A stretch of DNA of 64,000 nt, taken from the NCBI GenBank assembly GCA_963754155.1, contig CAVWEU010000002.1:3212-67211 (forward strand). Direction: 5' to 3'. Shown piece by piece: positions 41,505-50,516 of the stretch; the first letter of the stretch is position 1, and each line of letters begins with the position of its first letter. Both the position numbers and the translations under genes were made by a program. The notes beneath the pieces are model-generated. The model saw only the letters and a list, made by a program, of their open reading frames with translations, was not told where the DNA came from and made no database searches. Origin of the DNA: an uncultured Actinomycetota bacterium (GTDB lineage: Bacteria; Actinomycetota; Actinomycetes; Propionibacteriales; Nocardioidaceae).

Positions 41505-42559
41505 ATGAACGTGCCAATGTGGCTGTGGTGGGTCACCCTCGGGGTGACGATCGGCATCCTCGTCTTCGACGTGGCCTTCGCGATCCGCCGGCCGCACGAG
41601 CCCTCCCGCCGGGAGGTGTCGATCGCGCTCTCGATCTACATCAGCATGGCGGTGCTCTTCGGGATCGGCGTGTGGGTCTTCTCCGGCCACCAGTACGGCA
41701 CCGAGTTCTTCGCCGGGTGGCTGACCGAGTACTCGCTCTCGATCGACAACCTCTTCATCTTCATCATCATCATGAGCCGGTTCGGGGTGCCTCGGCAGTT
41801 CCAGCAGGAGGCACTCCTGATCGGCATCGTGCTCGCGCTGATCTTCCGGGGGATCTTCATCGCCCTGGGGGCCGCGGCGATCGACCAGTTCAGCTGGGTC
41901 TTCTACCTCTTCGGCGCCTTCCTGGTCTACACCGGCTTCAAGCTCGCGAAGCAGGGGCCCGAGGACGAGGAGGAGTACGAGGAGAGCAGGATCGTCACCT
42001 GGGTGCGGACGGCGCTGCCGCACACCGAGGAGTGGCGCGGCGGCAAGCTCTGGATCCGGGAGAACGCCAAGTTCCTCTTCACCCCGATGTTCGCGGTGGT
42101 GGTCGCGCTCGGCACCACCGACCTGCTCTTCGCGCTCGACTCCATCCCGGCGATCTTCGGGCTCACCCGGGAGCCCTACCTGGTGCTCACCGCGAACGTG
42201 TTCGCGCTGATGGGGCTGCGGCAGCTCTACTTCCTGCTCGGTGACCTGCTGCGCCGGCTGGTCTACCTCACCTACGGTCTCGCGTTCCTGCTCGCCTTCA
42301 TCGGCGTCAAGCTGGTCCTCCACGCGATGCACGAGAACGAGCTGCCGTTCATCAACGGCGGCGAGCACATCAAGTGGGCCCCAGAGATCCCGATCCTCAT
42401 CTCCCTCGGTGTCATCGTGCTGACGCTGGCCCTGACCGCCGTCCTCAGCCTCTGGGCCTCCTCGAAGGAGTCCAAGGCCGAGCAGGAGGCCGAGACCGGC
42501 CCCCGACCGCGAGCTCTGAGCGGCGAGACCGGACCAAGTCGAGCGAGGAGGTGCCGTGA
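41505..42559 (+). pseudogene. terC: TerC-family membrane protein; C-terminal frame disturbed at a CCCCC run
   Basis: TerC core EYSLSIDNLFIFIIIM, ...DSIPAIFGLT. After ...AEQEAETGP the listed frame runs on for about 430 Arg/Gly/Pro-rich codons across the next gene. Removing one C at 42500-42504 gives a stop at 42517-42519. Adding one gives a stop at 42557-42559, overlapping the next start (GTGA). Confidence 0.75.
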
Positions 42560-43539
42560 GCCAGGACCACGAGGTCGACCTGCTGGTCGTCGGCGCCGGC
42601 CCGGTCGGGCTGTTCACCGCCTACTACAGCGGGTTCCGGGGTCTCTCGGTCGGCGTCGTCGACTCTCTGCCCGAGCTGGGTGGGCAGATCACGGCGATGT
42701 ACCCGGAGAAGGACATCCTCGACGTCGCCGGCTTCCCGGTCGTGAAGGGCAAGACGCTGGTCGACGGGCTCGTGGAGCAGGCGGCGACGGCCGACCCGAC
42801 GTACCTCCTGGGCAGGACGGCGCAGACGCTCGAGTCCGACGACGAGGCGGGGGAGGTGCGGGTCGGTCTCGACGACGGCACCACCGTGACCGCCAAGGCG
42901 GTCGTCATCACCGCCGGCATCGGCAAGTTCGCACCCCGTCCGTTGCCGGCCGCCGACGGGTGGACCGGGGACGAGATCGCGTTCTTCGTGCCCACCTTCG
43001 CGCCGTACGCCGGCAAGGACGTGGTGATCGTCGGCGGCGGCGACAGCGCGTTCGACTGGGCGCTGGCGCTGGAGCCGGTGGCCTCCAGCGTCACGCTGGT
43101 CCACCGTCGCGATGCGTTCCGCGCCCACCAGGCCTCTGTCGACAAGGTGCTCGCCAGCACCGTGCAGGTGCGCACGAGCGCCCACGTGTCCCGCCTTGTG
43201 GGGGAGCACGGGCTCGAGGCGGTCGAGGTGGAGGACGTCAGGACGAACGAGACGACGACGCTGCCCGCCCAGGCGATCGTCGCCGCCCTGGGGTTCGTCG
43301 CCGACCTCGGCCCGATCCAGTCGTGGGGGCTCGAGGTGCAGAAGCGGCACATCGTCGTGGACTCGGCCACCCGCACCAACCTGCCCCGGGTCTTCGCGGC
43401 CGGCGACATCACCGAGTACCCCGGGAAGGTCCGGCTGATCGCCGTCGGGTTCGGGGAGGCCGCCACGGCGGTCAACAACGCGGCGGTGGCGATCAACCCC
43501 GGCGCCCACCTGTTCCCGGGGCACTCCTCGGAGGGGTGA
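42556..43539 (+). CDS. Ferredoxin-NADP reductase, thioredoxin-reductase-like (YumC type)
   Basis: SD GAGGAGG upstream. DLLVVGAGPVGLFTAYY, ELGGQITAMYPEKDILDVAGFP, IVGGGDSAFDWA. Confidence 0.85.
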   Translation: MSQDHEVDLLVVGAGPVGLFTAYYSGFRGLSVGVVDSLPELGGQITAMYPEKDILDVAGFPVVKGKTLVDGLVEQAATADPTYLLGRTAQTLESDDEAGEVRVGLDDGTTVTAKAVVITAGIGKFAPRPLPAADGWTGDEIAFFVPTFAPYAGKDVVIVGGGDSAFDWALALEPVASSVTLVHRRDAFRAHQASVDKVLASTVQVRTSAHVSRLVGEHGLEAVEVEDVRTNETTTLPAQAIVAALGFVADLGPIQSWGLEVQKRHIVVDSATRTNLPRVFAAGDITEYPGKVRLIAVGFGEAATAVNNAAVAINPGAHLFPGHSSEG

Positions 43540-43554
43540 GCCGACGCCTGCAGA

Positions 43555-43887
43555 TCAGGCCAGGACCGTGGCCGTCCCGCGGCCGTCCGCCCGCCTCTCA
43601 CCGCACGGGGACCGGTCGTAGAAGCGGCGCAGGTTCACCACGACCTGCGCGGTCTCCTGGGCGCACACGATGCCGCGCGCGAGGCTCTCCAGAGCGCAGG
43701 CGCAGCATCCCGCCTCGTGGAAGTGGCGGGTCGGGGCCACCGGGGCGACCCGTTGCCGGCAGAGGGTCGCCACCGGGCGGTCGGCGCCGCTTCGGAGGAC
43801 CGCCAGGTGGACGTCATCGCTCCCCGCAGCGGTGACGACGACGCAGACGTTCGGGATGATCGGGGTGTGCGACGGTTCGAGCCTCAT
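43555..43887 (-). CDS. Cys-rich hypothetical protein (110 aa)
   Basis: Very high third-position GC across the ORF. Contains HEAGCCACALESLARGIVCAQ. No family recognised. Confidence 0.5.
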   Translation of the reverse strand: MRLEPSHTPIIPNVCVVVTAAGSDDVHLAVLRSGADRPVATLCRQRVAPVAPTRHFHEAGCCACALESLARGIVCAQETAQVVVNLRRFYDRSPCGERRADGRGTATVLA

Positions 43888-43999
43888 CGGGCGACGGCCT
43901 CCAGCCTCGGTGCGAGGTGGTCAGCATGGCACCTGGGCGACCGGAACGACACCACGGCATCACCCGAGTCGCTACCTGCTGTGTGGGAAGGTCCTCCTC

Positions 44000-44771
44000 G
44001 TGACCTCTCTGACCACCGTGCGCGCGACCCGGTACGTCGTCCCGCTGCGTGAAGGCGGGTCGCTCCCCGGCATCGTGGAGGCCGACGACCTCGGCACGTA
44101 CGTCTGCAAGTTCCGCGGCGCCGGTCAGGGGCTGCGGGTGCTCGTGGCCGAGGTCGTCGTCGGCGAGCTCGCCCGACGGCTCGGGCTCGCGGTGCCGGAG
44201 CTGGTGGCGGTCGACCTCGACCCGGCGATCGCGCGCTACGAGGCGGACGAGGAGGTCCAGGACCTGCTCAACGCCAGCCTGGGGCTCAACCTCGGGATCG
44301 ACTTCCTGCCCGGGGCGTTCGGGTTCGACTCCGGATGCGCACCCGACCCGGAGGTGGCCGCGCGGGTGCTCTGGCTCGACGCGCTCACCGCCAACGTCGA
44401 CCGCTCCTGGCGCAACCCGAACCTGCTGATGTGGCACGGCCGGCTCTGGGCGATCGACCACGGCGCCTGCCTCTACTTCCACCACTCCTGGTCGGGCGGC
44501 GTGGGGTCACCCGAGCGGTTCGCGCGGCAGCCCTACGCCGTCGACGACCACGTCCTGGGTGCGTTCGTGCCAGGGTGTGGCCGCCGCCGACGACGAGCTC
44601 GCGCCCTTGGTCACCGAGGAGCTGCTGCGCGAGGTCGTCGACCGGGTCCCCGACGACTGGCTCGAGCCGGTGCCCGGCGCCGGACGGGAGGCCGTGCGCT
44701 CGGCGTACGTCGAGTTCCTGCTGGCCCGGGTCTCCGGTGACCGGCCCTGGCTGCCCGGAGGTGCGCGGTGA
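44000..44771 (+). pseudogene. HipA-like kinase family gene (DUF3037-associated) with a +1 frameshift
   Basis: ATRYVVPLREGGSLPGIVEADDLGTYVCKFRGAGQG...NVDRSWRNPNLLMWHGRLWAIDHGACLYF. The frame is lost after ...HVLGAFVP and resumes in ORF 44559..44771 (VAAADDELAPLVTEELLREVV...). They join if one G is removed from GGG 44573-44575. Confidence 0.75.
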
Positions 44772-45151
44772 GCGCGCCCATGGGGTTCCAGTACGTCGTC
44801 CTCCGCTGCGTCCCCCGGGTCGACCGGGAGGAGTTCATCAACGTCGGCGTCGTCGTCTACTGCCAGGAGGCGGAGTACCTCGCCTGCGCGTCGTACGTCG
44901 ACGAGACGCGGGTGCGTGCCCTGGCACCAGGGGTGGACGTCGCGGCTGTGCGGTCGGCTCTCTCCGCCGCGGAAGCCGTCTGCCGGGGTGACGCGGCGGC
45001 CGGAGCGGCCGGCCGGTCGCCGCTGGGCACCCGGTTCGGGTTCCTCGGCGCGCCCCGCAGCACGGTCGTCCAGCCCGGGCCGATCCACGGCGGGGTGACC
45101 CGCGACCCCGCCGCCGAGCTCGCCCGGCTGCTCACCACCCTGGTCCGCTGA
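44768..45151 (+). CDS. DUF3037 domain protein
   Basis: FQYVVLRCVPRVDREEFINVGVVVYC is typical of DUF3037. The GTG overlaps the upstream stop (GTGA). Confidence 0.75.
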   Translation: MSAPMGFQYVVLRCVPRVDREEFINVGVVVYCQEAEYLACASYVDETRVRALAPGVDVAAVRSALSAAEAVCRGDAAAGAAGRSPLGTRFGFLGAPRSTVVQPGPIHGGVTRDPAAELARLLTTLVR

Positions 45152-45160
45152 CCCCGGCGG

Positions 45161-45290
45161 GTTGAGCCGTCACTCCTGCCGCGTCGAGCCGTCACCCGTG
45201 CCGGTCTGCCGTCGCTGCCACGGTCGCGGCACGCCGTACCGACCGGCACGAGTGACGGCTCGACGACAGCGGCAGGAGTGACGGCTCGAC
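45161..45290. repeat. Nested REP-like palindromic element (two stacked inverted repeats)
   Basis: Outer arms 45164-45182 / 45269-45287 form 19 perfect bp. Inner arms 45183-45206 / 45241-45264 form 24 bp with one mismatch. The core GAGCCGTCAC(T/C)C(C/G)TGCCG is shared with 23561-23694. Confidence 0.85.
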
Positions 45291-45297
45291 GTGCGGG

Positions 45298-46696
45298 TCA
45301 CATGTGGATCATGTGGCCGGCGATCCCCTCGATCGCCTCCTTGACGCACTCCGACAGCGTGGGGTGGGCGAAGACGTTGCGGGCCACCTCGTCGGCGGTG
45401 AGGTCCCACTTCTGGGCCAGGGTCAGCGCCGGGAGCAGCTCGGTGACGTCGGGGCCGATCAGGTGCGCGCCGATGATCTCGTTGTACTTCGCGTCCGCGA
45501 TGATCTTGACGAACCCGGCCGTCTCGCCGAGCCCCTTGGCCTTGCCGTTGGCGCTGAACGGGAACTTGGCGGTCTTGACGTCGTAGCCCTTCTCCTTCGC
45601 CTGGGCCTCGGAGTAGCCGAAGGAGGCGATCTGCGGCTGGCAGTACGTCGCCCGCGGGATCATGTCGAAGTCGATCTCGACGGTCTCGGCGTCGGCCATC
45701 GTCTCGGCCGCGACGATCCCCATCGCCTCGGCGGTGTGGGCGAGCATCAGCTTGCCGGTGACGTCGCCGATCGCGTAGACGCCGTCGACGTTGGTGCGGC
45801 CGCGGGCGTCGACCTTGATCGCGCCCCGGTCGGTGGTCTCCACGCCGGTCTTGTCGAGGCCGTAGCCGTCGAGCCGAGGAGCGAAGCCGATGGCCTGCAT
45901 CACCTTGTCGGTCTCCAGCACCTGCTCGCCGTTCTTCTCCGAGGAGACCGTCACCTTGACCTTGTCGCCGGAGTCGTCGATCTTCTCGACCTTGGTGCTG
46001 GTGAGGACCTTCACGCCGAGCTTCTTGTAGTGCTTGGCGAGCTCCTTGGAGACCTCCTCGTCCTCGGTCGGGACCATCCGGTCGAGGAACTCGACGATGG
46101 TGACGTCGACGCCGAAGTTCTCTCATGACGTAGGCGAACTCCACGCCGATCGCACCCGAGCCCGCGATGACGATGCTGCCGGGGAGCTCGGAGTCGAGGA
46201 TCTGCTCCTCGTAGGTCACGACGCGCTCGGAGAGCTCGGTGCCCGGGATCAGGCGGGTCGTCGCGCCGGTGGCGATGATGACCTTGTCGGCGGTGACCTC
46301 GTCGGAGCTGCCGTCCTCGCGCTCGACCGAGATCGTCTTGGCGTCGACGAACGTGCCCCAGCCGTTGATCTCGGTGATCTTGTTCTTCTTCATGAGGAAG
46401 TGGACGCCCTTGACGATGCTGTCCGAGACCTCGCGGCTGCGCTTGTGGGTCGCGCCGAAGTCCATCGAGGCGTCCCCGGTGATGCCGAACTTGTCCTTCT
46501 CGTGCTCGAGCAGGTGCGCCAGCTCGGCGTTGCGCAGGAGCGACTTGCTGGGGATGCAACCGACGTTGAGGCAGACACCTCCCCAGTACTTCTTCTCGAT
46601 CACGGCCGCCTTGAGGCCGAGCTGGGAGGCGCGGATGGCTGCGACGTACCCGCCGGGGCCGGCACCGAGAACGACGACATCGAAGTGCTGGGTCAT
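45298..46696 (-). pseudogene. lpd: Dihydrolipoyl dehydrogenase with a +1 frameshift near 46120-46124
   Basis: The N-terminal part carries GAGPGGY and redox [10 protein letters not shown], up to ...GVEFAYVM. The next frame continues [22 protein letters not shown]...[24 protein letters not shown]. 1398+1 nt. The insertion is not in a homopolymer. Confidence 0.9.
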
Positions 46697-46702
46697 GCCC
46701 AG

Positions 46703-46708
46703 AGCCTA
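46703..46708 (-). promoter_or_regulatory. -10-like hexamer TAGGCT, 6 nt before ATG 46696
   Basis: TANNNT-N6-start pattern. Confidence 0.4.
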
Positions 46709-46737
46709 GTGGGCCCGGACCGTCGAGACGAACCCCC

Positions 46738-47481
46738 TCAGACCGGGACCAGCTCCACGGCGCCGACGAGGTAGCGGGCGATCACCGTGCGGGCCACCTC
46801 GGGGTCGGCGCCGAACGGCTCGGAGACCGCGACCGCACCTGCCTCGAGCGCGAGCTCGGCGGCCCGGTCGTGGAGGAAGCCAGGAGCCAGGAAGAGCGAC
46901 CCGACCGCGATGTGCCGCCGCCCCTGCCCCCGGAACGCCCGGACCGCCTCGCCGGTGGCCGGTGGGCTCGCGGAGGCGAACGCCGCGACCGTCGGCAGCC
47001 GGTGACGGGTGCCCCACAGCCGGGCCAGCCGGTTGATCGACTGGCAGGCGAGCGCGTCGGTGGTGCCCGCGGCGGCGAGGACCAGTGCGTCCAGCTCGCG
47101 GACCCGGGCGCCGGTCAGCGACTCCCGCAGCCGCCGGTCGAGCACGTCGAGGAAGGCGGTCTCGAGGCCGAGCACCGACGTGGCGCGGACCCGGAGCCCC
47201 TCGTGACGGGCGGTGGCCTCCGCGACGGCCATCGGCACGTCCACCTTGGCGTGGTAGGCCTCCGACAGCAGCAGCGGGACCACGACGATCTCGTCGTAGC
47301 CGGCGCGCACCAGGCGGTCGACCACGGTGCCGAACGACGGCTTGGCGTGGTCGAGGAACGCCGGCTCGATGCGCAGGTCGGGCCGCATCCGGCGGACCTC
47401 GTCGACGAGGGCGCGCACGGTCGTGGCGGAGCGAGGGTCGCGGCTGCCGTGGGCAAGGGCCACCAGGGCGGGAGCGGTCAC
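46738..47481 (-). CDS. Sirohydrochlorin chelatase (CbiX/SirB-like)
   Basis: SD AGGAGG precedes GTG 47481. LVALAHGSRDP, VVVPLLLSEAYHAKVD; two CbiX halves. Confidence 0.8.
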   Translation of the reverse strand: MTAPALVALAHGSRDPRSATTVRALVDEVRRMRPDLRIEPAFLDHAKPSFGTVVDRLVRAGYDEIVVVPLLLSEAYHAKVDVPMAVAEATARHEGLRVRATSVLGLETAFLDVLDRRLRESLTGARVRELDALVLAAAGTTDALACQSINRLARLWGTRHRLPTVAAFASASPPATGEAVRAFRGQGRRHIAVGSLFLAPGFLHDRAAELALEAGAVAVSEPFGADPEVARTVIARYLVGAVELVPV

Positions 47482-47524
47482 GGTCGCCTCCTGTCGGTTT
47501 CGGGCCGGTCGGTGCCGGCCGTGG

Positions 47525-47572
47525 CGGTGGGTCGGGCGGTGGGTCGGGCGGTGGGTCGGGCGGTGGGTCGCG
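47525..47572. repeat. 12-nt tandem repeat (CGGTGGGTCGGG) x4 within a G-rich intergenic tract
   Basis: Three perfect copies plus one variant. The flanking tract 47521-47620 carries many further GGG runs. Confidence 0.85.
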
Positions 47573-47620
47573 TGGTGGGGGTCGGGTGGGTCCGGGCGAC
47601 GCTGCCCGGGTGGCTGGGGG

Positions 47621-48367
47621 TCACGCGTGGATCCCGCACTCGGTCTTGCCGGTGCCGGCCCAGCGGCCGCTGCGGGAGTCCTCTCCGGCGGCGACCCGCC
47701 GGGTGCAGGGGAAGCAGCCGATGGACGGGTAGCCGTCGTGCTGCAGCGGGTTGACGAGCACGCCGTGCTCGGCGACGTAGCGGTCGACGTCCTCGTCGCT
47801 CCACCGGGCGAGCGGCGACACCTTGACCTTGCGCTTCTTGGCGTCCCATCCGATCACCGGCGCGATCACCCGGTTGTGGGTCTCGGCCCGGCGCAACCCG
47901 GTCGCCCAGGCGTCGTAGGAGGCCAGCGACTGCTCGAGCGGGCGGACCTTGCGCAGCGCACAGCACAGGTCGGGGTCCCGGGCGAAGAGCTCCTCGCCGT
48001 ACGCCGCGTCCTGCTCGGCCACCGACTGCACGGGAGTGACGGTCAGCAGGTTCACCGGGAGGGTCGCCTCGACGGCGTCGCGGGTGCCGAGGGTCTCAGC
48101 GAAGTGGTAGCCGGTGTCGAGGAAGACCACGTCGATGCCGGGCGCCACCCGGGAGGCGAGGTGAGCGAGCACCGCGTCGGCCATCGACGAGGTGATGCAG
48201 AACCGTTCGCCGAAGGTCGCGACCGCCCACTCGACGATCACGCCGGCGGGGGCGAGCTCGAGCTCGGCGCCCGCGTGGCGCACCAGGTCGCGCAGCTCCT
48301 GCTCGCTGCGGCCGGTGGTCTCGGTGCCGCGCGCCAGGAACGCCCGCGTGGTCGCGGCGGCGGTCAC
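47621..48367 (-). CDS. cysH: Adenylyl/phosphoadenylyl-sulfate reductase (Fe-S CysH type)
   Basis: DLCCALRKVRPL and SIGCFPCT (CC...CxxC). GTG 48367 overlaps the upstream stop. Confidence 0.85.
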   Translation of the reverse strand: MTAAATTRAFLARGTETTGRSEQELRDLVRHAGAELELAPAGVIVEWAVATFGERFCITSSMADAVLAHLASRVAPGIDVVFLDTGYHFAETLGTRDAVEATLPVNLLTVTPVQSVAEQDAAYGEELFARDPDLCCALRKVRPLEQSLASYDAWATGLRRAETHNRVIAPVIGWDAKKRKVKVSPLARWSDEDVDRYVAEHGVLVNPLQHDGYPSIGCFPCTRRVAAGEDSRSGRWAGTGKTECGIHA

Positions 48368-48546
48368 GACCCTGCCCCCGGACGGTCGGGCTGCGGTCGC
48401 AGGAGCCCGAGGAACCGCACGCCGAAGGCCCGCAGGCACGAGCGGCACTCCCACTGGCCGTGGCCGGTGCCCTCGTCGGGCACGTGCGGACGCAGGTCCT
48501 CGTCCCCGCAGTAGGGGCAGTGGTACGGGACCATGCGCTCGCTCAT
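48364..48546 (-). CDS. Small Zn-ribbon-like protein of the sulfate-assimilation operon (CysX-like)
   Basis: MSERMVPYHCPYCGDEDLRPHVPDEGTGHGQWECRSCLRAFGV... has two CxxC pairs. ATGA overlap with the sir stop and GTGA overlap with the cysH start. Confidence 0.6.
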   Translation of the reverse strand: MSERMVPYHCPYCGDEDLRPHVPDEGTGHGQWECRSCLRAFGVRFLGLLRPQPDRPGAGS

Positions 48547-50294
48547 CGCGCTGCCGCCAACGGCTCGAGATCCCGCTCCCCGCGCAGCGAGCCCTCGTCG
48601 GCGCGGGTCACCCAGGCCGCGAACGGCTCGCCGTCCTCCCGCTCGGCGAGGTAGGCCCGCACCACCGCGGTGACGTAGTCGTCGAGCCCGGAGCTGGTCA
48701 CCTTGTGTGCGCGCAGCTTTCGGCCGAAGGGAGCCGAGGTGTGCTGGAGGCTGAGCCCGATCCCGCCGCCGAGGTGGACCTGGAACCCCTCGACCTGGCG
48801 ACCGTCCTCGTCGAGGACGAGCTGGCCCTTGAGGCCGATGTCGGCGATCTGCGTGCGGGCGCAGGCGTTGGGGCACCCGTTGACGTTCACGGTGATCGGG
48901 GTGTCGAGGTCGGGGAAGCGCCGCTCGAGCTCGTCGACGAGGGCTGCCGCGCGGTCCTTGGTGTCGACGATCGCGAGCTTGCAGAACTCGATGCCGGTGC
49001 AGGCCATCGTCGATCGCCGCCACGGCGAGGGGCGCGCGGCGAGGCCGATCCGGGCGAGGTCGGCGACCAGCGGCTCGACGTCCTCGGAGGCAACGCCGAT
49101 CACCACCAGCTTCTGGTACGACGTGAACCGCACCCCGGCTGCGCCGTACTGCTCCACGAGATCGCCCAGGGCGCTCAGCAGCGTGCCCGAGACCCGGCCG
49201 ACCGTCGGGGCGGCGCCGACGTAGAAGCGGCCGTCCTTCTGCTCGTGGACGCCGATGTGGTCGCCGCTGACCGTCGGGGCGCCGGGGGAGGGGCCGTCGA
49301 CGAGCCGCCGGTGGAGGTACTCGCCCTCGAGGACCTCGCGGAACCTCTCGACGCCCCAGTCGGCGACCAGGAACTTCAGCCGCGCCCGGCTGCGGAGCCG
49401 GCGGTAGCCGTAGTCGCGGAAGATCCCCACAACTCCCTCCCACACGTCGGCGACCTCGTCCAGCGGGACCCAGACCCCGAGCTTCTGCGCGAGCATCGGG
49501 TTGGTGGAGAGCCCGCCGCCGACCCACAGGTCGAACCCGGGGCCGTGCTCGGGGTGGACGGTGCCGACGAAGCTGACGTCGTTGACCTCGGGCGCGCCGT
49601 CGAGGCTGGGGTGGCCGGAGACCGACGTCTTGAACTTGCGGGGGAGGTTGGCGTAGTCGGGGTTGCCGATGAACCGGCGCTTGATCTCCGCCAGCGCGGG
49701 CGAACCGTCGATGATCTCGTCCTTGGCGACGCCGGCGACGGGGGAGCCGAGGAACGGCCGTGGCGAGTCCCCGCAGGCCTCGGTGGTGCTGAGCCCGACG
49801 CCCTCCAGCCGCTTCCAGATCGCAGGGACGTCCTCGACGCTGATCCAGTGGTACTGGATGTTCTGCCGGTCGGTGATGTCGGCGGTGTCGCGTGCGTACG
49901 CCGTCGACACCTCACCGAGCGCGCGCAGCTGCTCGGGACCGAGCAGCTGGCCGTCGCTGCGGACCCGCATCATGAAGAACTCGTCGTCGAGCTCGTGGGG
50001 CTCTAGCGTCGCGGTCTTGCCGCCGTCGAAGCCGGGCTTGCGCTGGGTGTAGAGCCCCAGCCAGCGGAACCGGCCGCGGAGGTCGCTGGGGTCGATGGAG
50101 GCGAACCCCTGCTGGGAGTAGACGTGCTCGATCCGGCCCCGGACGTTGAGCGGGTTGTCGTCCTTCTTGAACTGCTCGTTCGGGTTCAGCGGCTCGCGGT
50201 AGCCGAGCGCCCACTGGCCCTCACCGCGCTTGGGGCGCGGCCGGGGGGCGCGGGGCGGACGGCTGCCAGGGCTCTTGGCGGCGTTGGTCGTCAT
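48543..50294 (-). CDS. sirA: Ferredoxin-dependent sulfite reductase (nitrite/sulfite reductase family)
   Basis: 583 aa. Siroheme/4Fe-4S motifs CTGIEFCKLA and NVNGCPNACAR. Confidence 0.9.
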   Translation of the reverse strand: MTTNAAKSPGSRPPRAPRPRPKRGEGQWALGYREPLNPNEQFKKDDNPLNVRGRIEHVYSQQGFASIDPSDLRGRFRWLGLYTQRKPGFDGGKTATLEPHELDDEFFMMRVRSDGQLLGPEQLRALGEVSTAYARDTADITDRQNIQYHWISVEDVPAIWKRLEGVGLSTTEACGDSPRPFLGSPVAGVAKDEIIDGSPALAEIKRRFIGNPDYANLPRKFKTSVSGHPSLDGAPEVNDVSFVGTVHPEHGPGFDLWVGGGLSTNPMLAQKLGVWVPLDEVADVWEGVVGIFRDYGYRRLRSRARLKFLVADWGVERFREVLEGEYLHRRLVDGPSPGAPTVSGDHIGVHEQKDGRFYVGAAPTVGRVSGTLLSALGDLVEQYGAAGVRFTSYQKLVVIGVASEDVEPLVADLARIGLAARPSPWRRSTMACTGIEFCKLAIVDTKDRAAALVDELERRFPDLDTPITVNVNGCPNACARTQIADIGLKGQLVLDEDGRQVEGFQVHLGGGIGLSLQHTSAPFGRKLRAHKVTSSGLDDYVTAVVRAYLAEREDGEPFAAWVTRADEGSLRGERDLEPLAAAR

Positions 50295-50426
50295 GAGGTC
50301 GCGTTCCTGGGGGTAAGAGACGCACGAGCGCTGGCTCGTCCCCGACGCCGTTGTCGGAAAGCCTGCCGGCGACCCGCACGCCCGGCTCGAGAGCGGAGGC
50401 GTGGCCGTCGCCGGGGCGACAGCAGG

Positions 50427-50516
50427 TCAGTCCGGCATACACATCATGCTGCGGGTGCGCCCGAGGTCCACGTGGCGTCGAACCACGAGGCGCAGGGCGG
50501 TGGCAGCGGTGATCAT
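50427..50516 (-). CDS. Candidate upstream ORF in the sir leader ending in Met-Met-Cys-Met-Pro-Asp
   Basis: ATG 50516 ... TGA 50427: MITAATALRLVVRRHVDLGRTRSMMCMPD. No convincing SD or -10. Speculative. Confidence 0.15.
   Translation of the reverse strand: MITAATALRLVVRRHVDLGRTRSMMCMPD

Noticed and set aside
41505-43835. 776-aa ORF suggesting a giant TerC fusion protein.
   Set aside because: Only the first ~330 aa are TerC-like. The remainder is low-complexity Arg/Gly/Pro sequence that fully overlaps a well-supported reductase gene in another frame. A 1-nt error at the CCCCC run 42500-42504 explains it better.
47525-47572. The tandem 12-mers (and the repeats at 23.6 kb and 39.4 kb) as a possible CRISPR array.
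   Set aside because: The units are contiguous with no unique spacers, they are far shorter than CRISPR repeats, and no cas genes are present.
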